In this document: piece by piece, positions 62,281-64,000 of the stretch | Layout: each line of letters opens with the position of its first letter | How positions within the stretch are numbered: position 1 is the stretch's first letter | DNA from: an uncultured archaeon | Lineage (GTDB): Archaea; Thermoproteota; Bathyarchaeia; Bathyarchaeales; Bathycorpusculaceae | DNA: 64,000 nt | Assembly (NCBI GenBank): GCA_963810275.1 | Contig: CAWENF010000014.1 | Coordinates: forward strand, 41,841-105,840 | Direction: 5' to 3' | Notes under the pieces: model-generated | Seen by the model: the letters and a program-made list of their open reading frames with translations, nothing else | Databases searched by the model: none | What the model was told of the DNA's origin: nothing | Program-made: the position numbers and the translations under genes

Positions 62281-62867
62281 AATCTGCCGCCTCCACGTCC
62301 GCCTCTGCGTCCACGCTGTGGGGTCCTGATTTCAGGTTGTTTTGCTACGACGGATAAACCGAGACGTAGTGGATGCTCCTGCTTAGCGAGGTCGCTGTCG
62401 ATTGAGTAGGCAATTTTTGGTTCTTCCTCTTTTGGCACGATATAGCCTGGAATAGTCACGCGGCGTCCGTCGATGGATACGTGACCATGAGTGATGAGTT
62501 GGCGTGCCTGAAAACCTGTCCGGGCCAAGCCTTTGCGGAAAACTATGGTTTGCAATCTGCGCTCCAAGATGTCTTCAATGGTTAAGTCGAGCACGTTGTC
62601 TAGCACTGCGGTTTCTTGCAGGATTCCCCTCTTTTTAAGTTTAGCGAGAAGTTCGTTTTCCATTTTTGCCCGTGTTTCGGTTGATTCGCTGATGAGTGAA
62701 CGGGCGATGCCTCTGGCTTTAGACAATGTTGTTTTGTGTCTCCAGAGTTCATGTTTGTTACGTAAACCGTATTGCCCAAGAAGTTTGAGCTCTTCCTGAA
62801 GTACATCTTTACGCCAACGGAAACGCGGCGTATCAAACTTTTTACGTTGCTTCTTTGGATCTCCCAT
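62277..62867 (-). CDS. rps4: 30S ribosomal protein S4
   Basis: [29 protein letters not shown]. Confidence 0.97.
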   Translation of the reverse strand: MGDPKKQRKKFDTPRFRWRKDVLQEELKLLGQYGLRNKHELWRHKTTLSKARGIARSLISESTETRAKMENELLAKLKKRGILQETAVLDNVLDLTIEDILERRLQTIVFRKGLARTGFQARQLITHGHVSIDGRRVTIPGYIVPKEEEPKIAYSIDSDLAKQEHPLRLGLSVVAKQPEIRTPQRGRRGGRGGGRF

Positions 62868-62869
62868 GC

Positions 62870-63340
62870 TTATTTACCTCCTGCTTTGCCTTGCACAGTC
62901 TTTTTCTTAACACCTAAAGACTTGCCTGCGCGACCAGTGGTTTTGGTTCTTTGTCCTCTTACTTTCAGGCTGTAAGCATGTCGGTATCCACGCCAAGACC
63001 TGATTTCTTTTGCGCCATCTATGTCTGTTTTTATTTTGAATGCCAAGTCAGCGGCTAGGACATGCATGTCTTTACCTGTTTCGCTGTCTTTTCGGCGGTT
63101 AAACATCCAGCCAGGGATGTTATATTTTGGTGGGTCACGAATAACGTCCTCGATTTTGGCGACGTCTGAATCGGTGATGAAGCCGATACGGAGATCAGGG
63201 TTTACGCCTGCCTTCTTGACGATTGCATTTGCAAGACTTGAGTTGACGCCTTTCACGTGCGCCACTGCGTAGCCTGTCTTAACGGTACCTTGAACGTCTG
63301 TACCCATGATACGTACAATATAGCGGTATTCCTGTGACAT
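62870..63340 (-). CDS. rps13: 30S ribosomal protein S13
   Basis: YIVRI.GTD, W..NRRKD, RGYRH...LKVRGQRT. Confidence 0.97.
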   Translation of the reverse strand: MSQEYRYIVRIMGTDVQGTVKTGYAVAHVKGVNSSLANAIVKKAGVNPDLRIGFITDSDVAKIEDVIRDPPKYNIPGWMFNRRKDSETGKDMHVLAADLAFKIKTDIDGAKEIRSWRGYRHAYSLKVRGQRTKTTGRAGKSLGVKKKTVQGKAGGK

Positions 63341-63448
63341 GCTGAGTTTTCATCCGTTTTTTAGCTTGAAGCATATACGAAATGACTTGGTGTTTATTTA
63401 AACCTTCCCTAGCAGAAATATCCATCAATCGTAAGCCGAAAAAGTAGG

Positions 63449-64000
63449 TTACTGCTTTGATTCACTGTATTCATCCAACTCTTTTTGCAGGTTTTCAAAG
63501 CCCGCTGCTATTCGACTAATGAGGGGAGCATCTGCTTCAGGGTCTAATCCTACATATTTTGACTTGTTGTACTCGCCTTTGTAGGTTAAAACATCTTCGA
63601 CGCGGTTGTTTTTCTGGTAAAGTTCACGAATTATTTTGGCTTCTTTATCGTTGCCACTTTGCCTGCGTACTGAATACATTATGGCGCATGCTGCTCCGAA
63701 CTCTAATCCGGAGGTGGGTAACCCATATTTTTGGGCTAAATGGATGCTGCCCATTATGCGTTCGTCCTGTTGAAGTTTGCGCAGTGGATCTCTTCCGACG
63801 CGTAGTACGTCGTCCTGGAAGCTTGCCCGGCACCGCTTGAAAAAGTTGCGGGTAATGGAGTTAATGTACTGTTTCTGATCAGGGTTTTCGCTGAGTAGGG
63901 CGGGTTTGATTTCGTTTATAATTATGCTTTCAGCCAATTGTGAAACGCGGGAGTCACCCATGCCTTGCCCGATGCTTTTGTACCCTAAAAGCGCTGAGTA
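63449..64000 (-). CDS. Mannitol-1-phosphate 5-dehydrogenase-like C-terminal domain (5' truncated by window edge)
   Basis: LLGY.SIG..M.D, D.V.RVGRDPLRKL...ER; frame open to window end. Confidence 0.6.
   Translation of the reverse strand, partial: YSALLGYKSIGQGMGDSRVSQLAESIIINEIKPALLSENPDQKQYINSITRNFFKRCRASFQDDVLRVGRDPLRKLQQDERIMGSIHLAQKYGLPTSGLEFGAACAIMYSVRRQSGNDKEAKIIRELYQKNNRVEDVLTYKGEYNKSKYVGLDPEADAPLISRIAAGFENLQKELDEYSESKQ

Noticed and set aside
449-63840. Many 60-150 aa ORFs overlapping assigned genes (e.g. 1262-1516, 22301-22639, 39059-39502, 53556-54020)
   Set aside because: Antisense or alternate-frame shadows of well-supported genes, without motifs
1-64000. CRISPR array, rRNA, transposase or integrase
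   Set aside because: No regularly spaced direct repeats, rRNA signature or DDE/tyrosine recombinase motifs were recognised

Overview
Archaeal chromosomal window, most likely Bathyarchaeia (TACK). This is inferred from aCPSF1-psmB, SMC-ScpA-ScpB, Fe-S-containing RpoD, an intron-containing tRNA, a PQQ-like surface protein and the modified mevalonate pathway. Most of it is housekeeping: r-protein/RNAP cluster, IF2, GluRS, enolase, isoprenoid genes, glyA/serA and queT-queC. Accessory patches lie at about 15.9-21.3 kb (next to tRNA-Ser), 24-33 kb (surface protein, regulators, sensor kinase), 36.5-40.4 kb and 55-59 kb. Many genes carry single-base frameshifts, including essential rpl13, which points to assembly indel errors. 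The best novel candidate is a riboswitch-like leader upstream of queT-queC in which a hairpin loop can pair with the Shine-Dalgarno sequence, possibly an archaeal preQ0/preQ1 sensor. The second is a long G-U-rich hairpin with a TATA box beside a DUF559 nuclease. No CRISPR array, rRNA, integrase or transposase was recognised.
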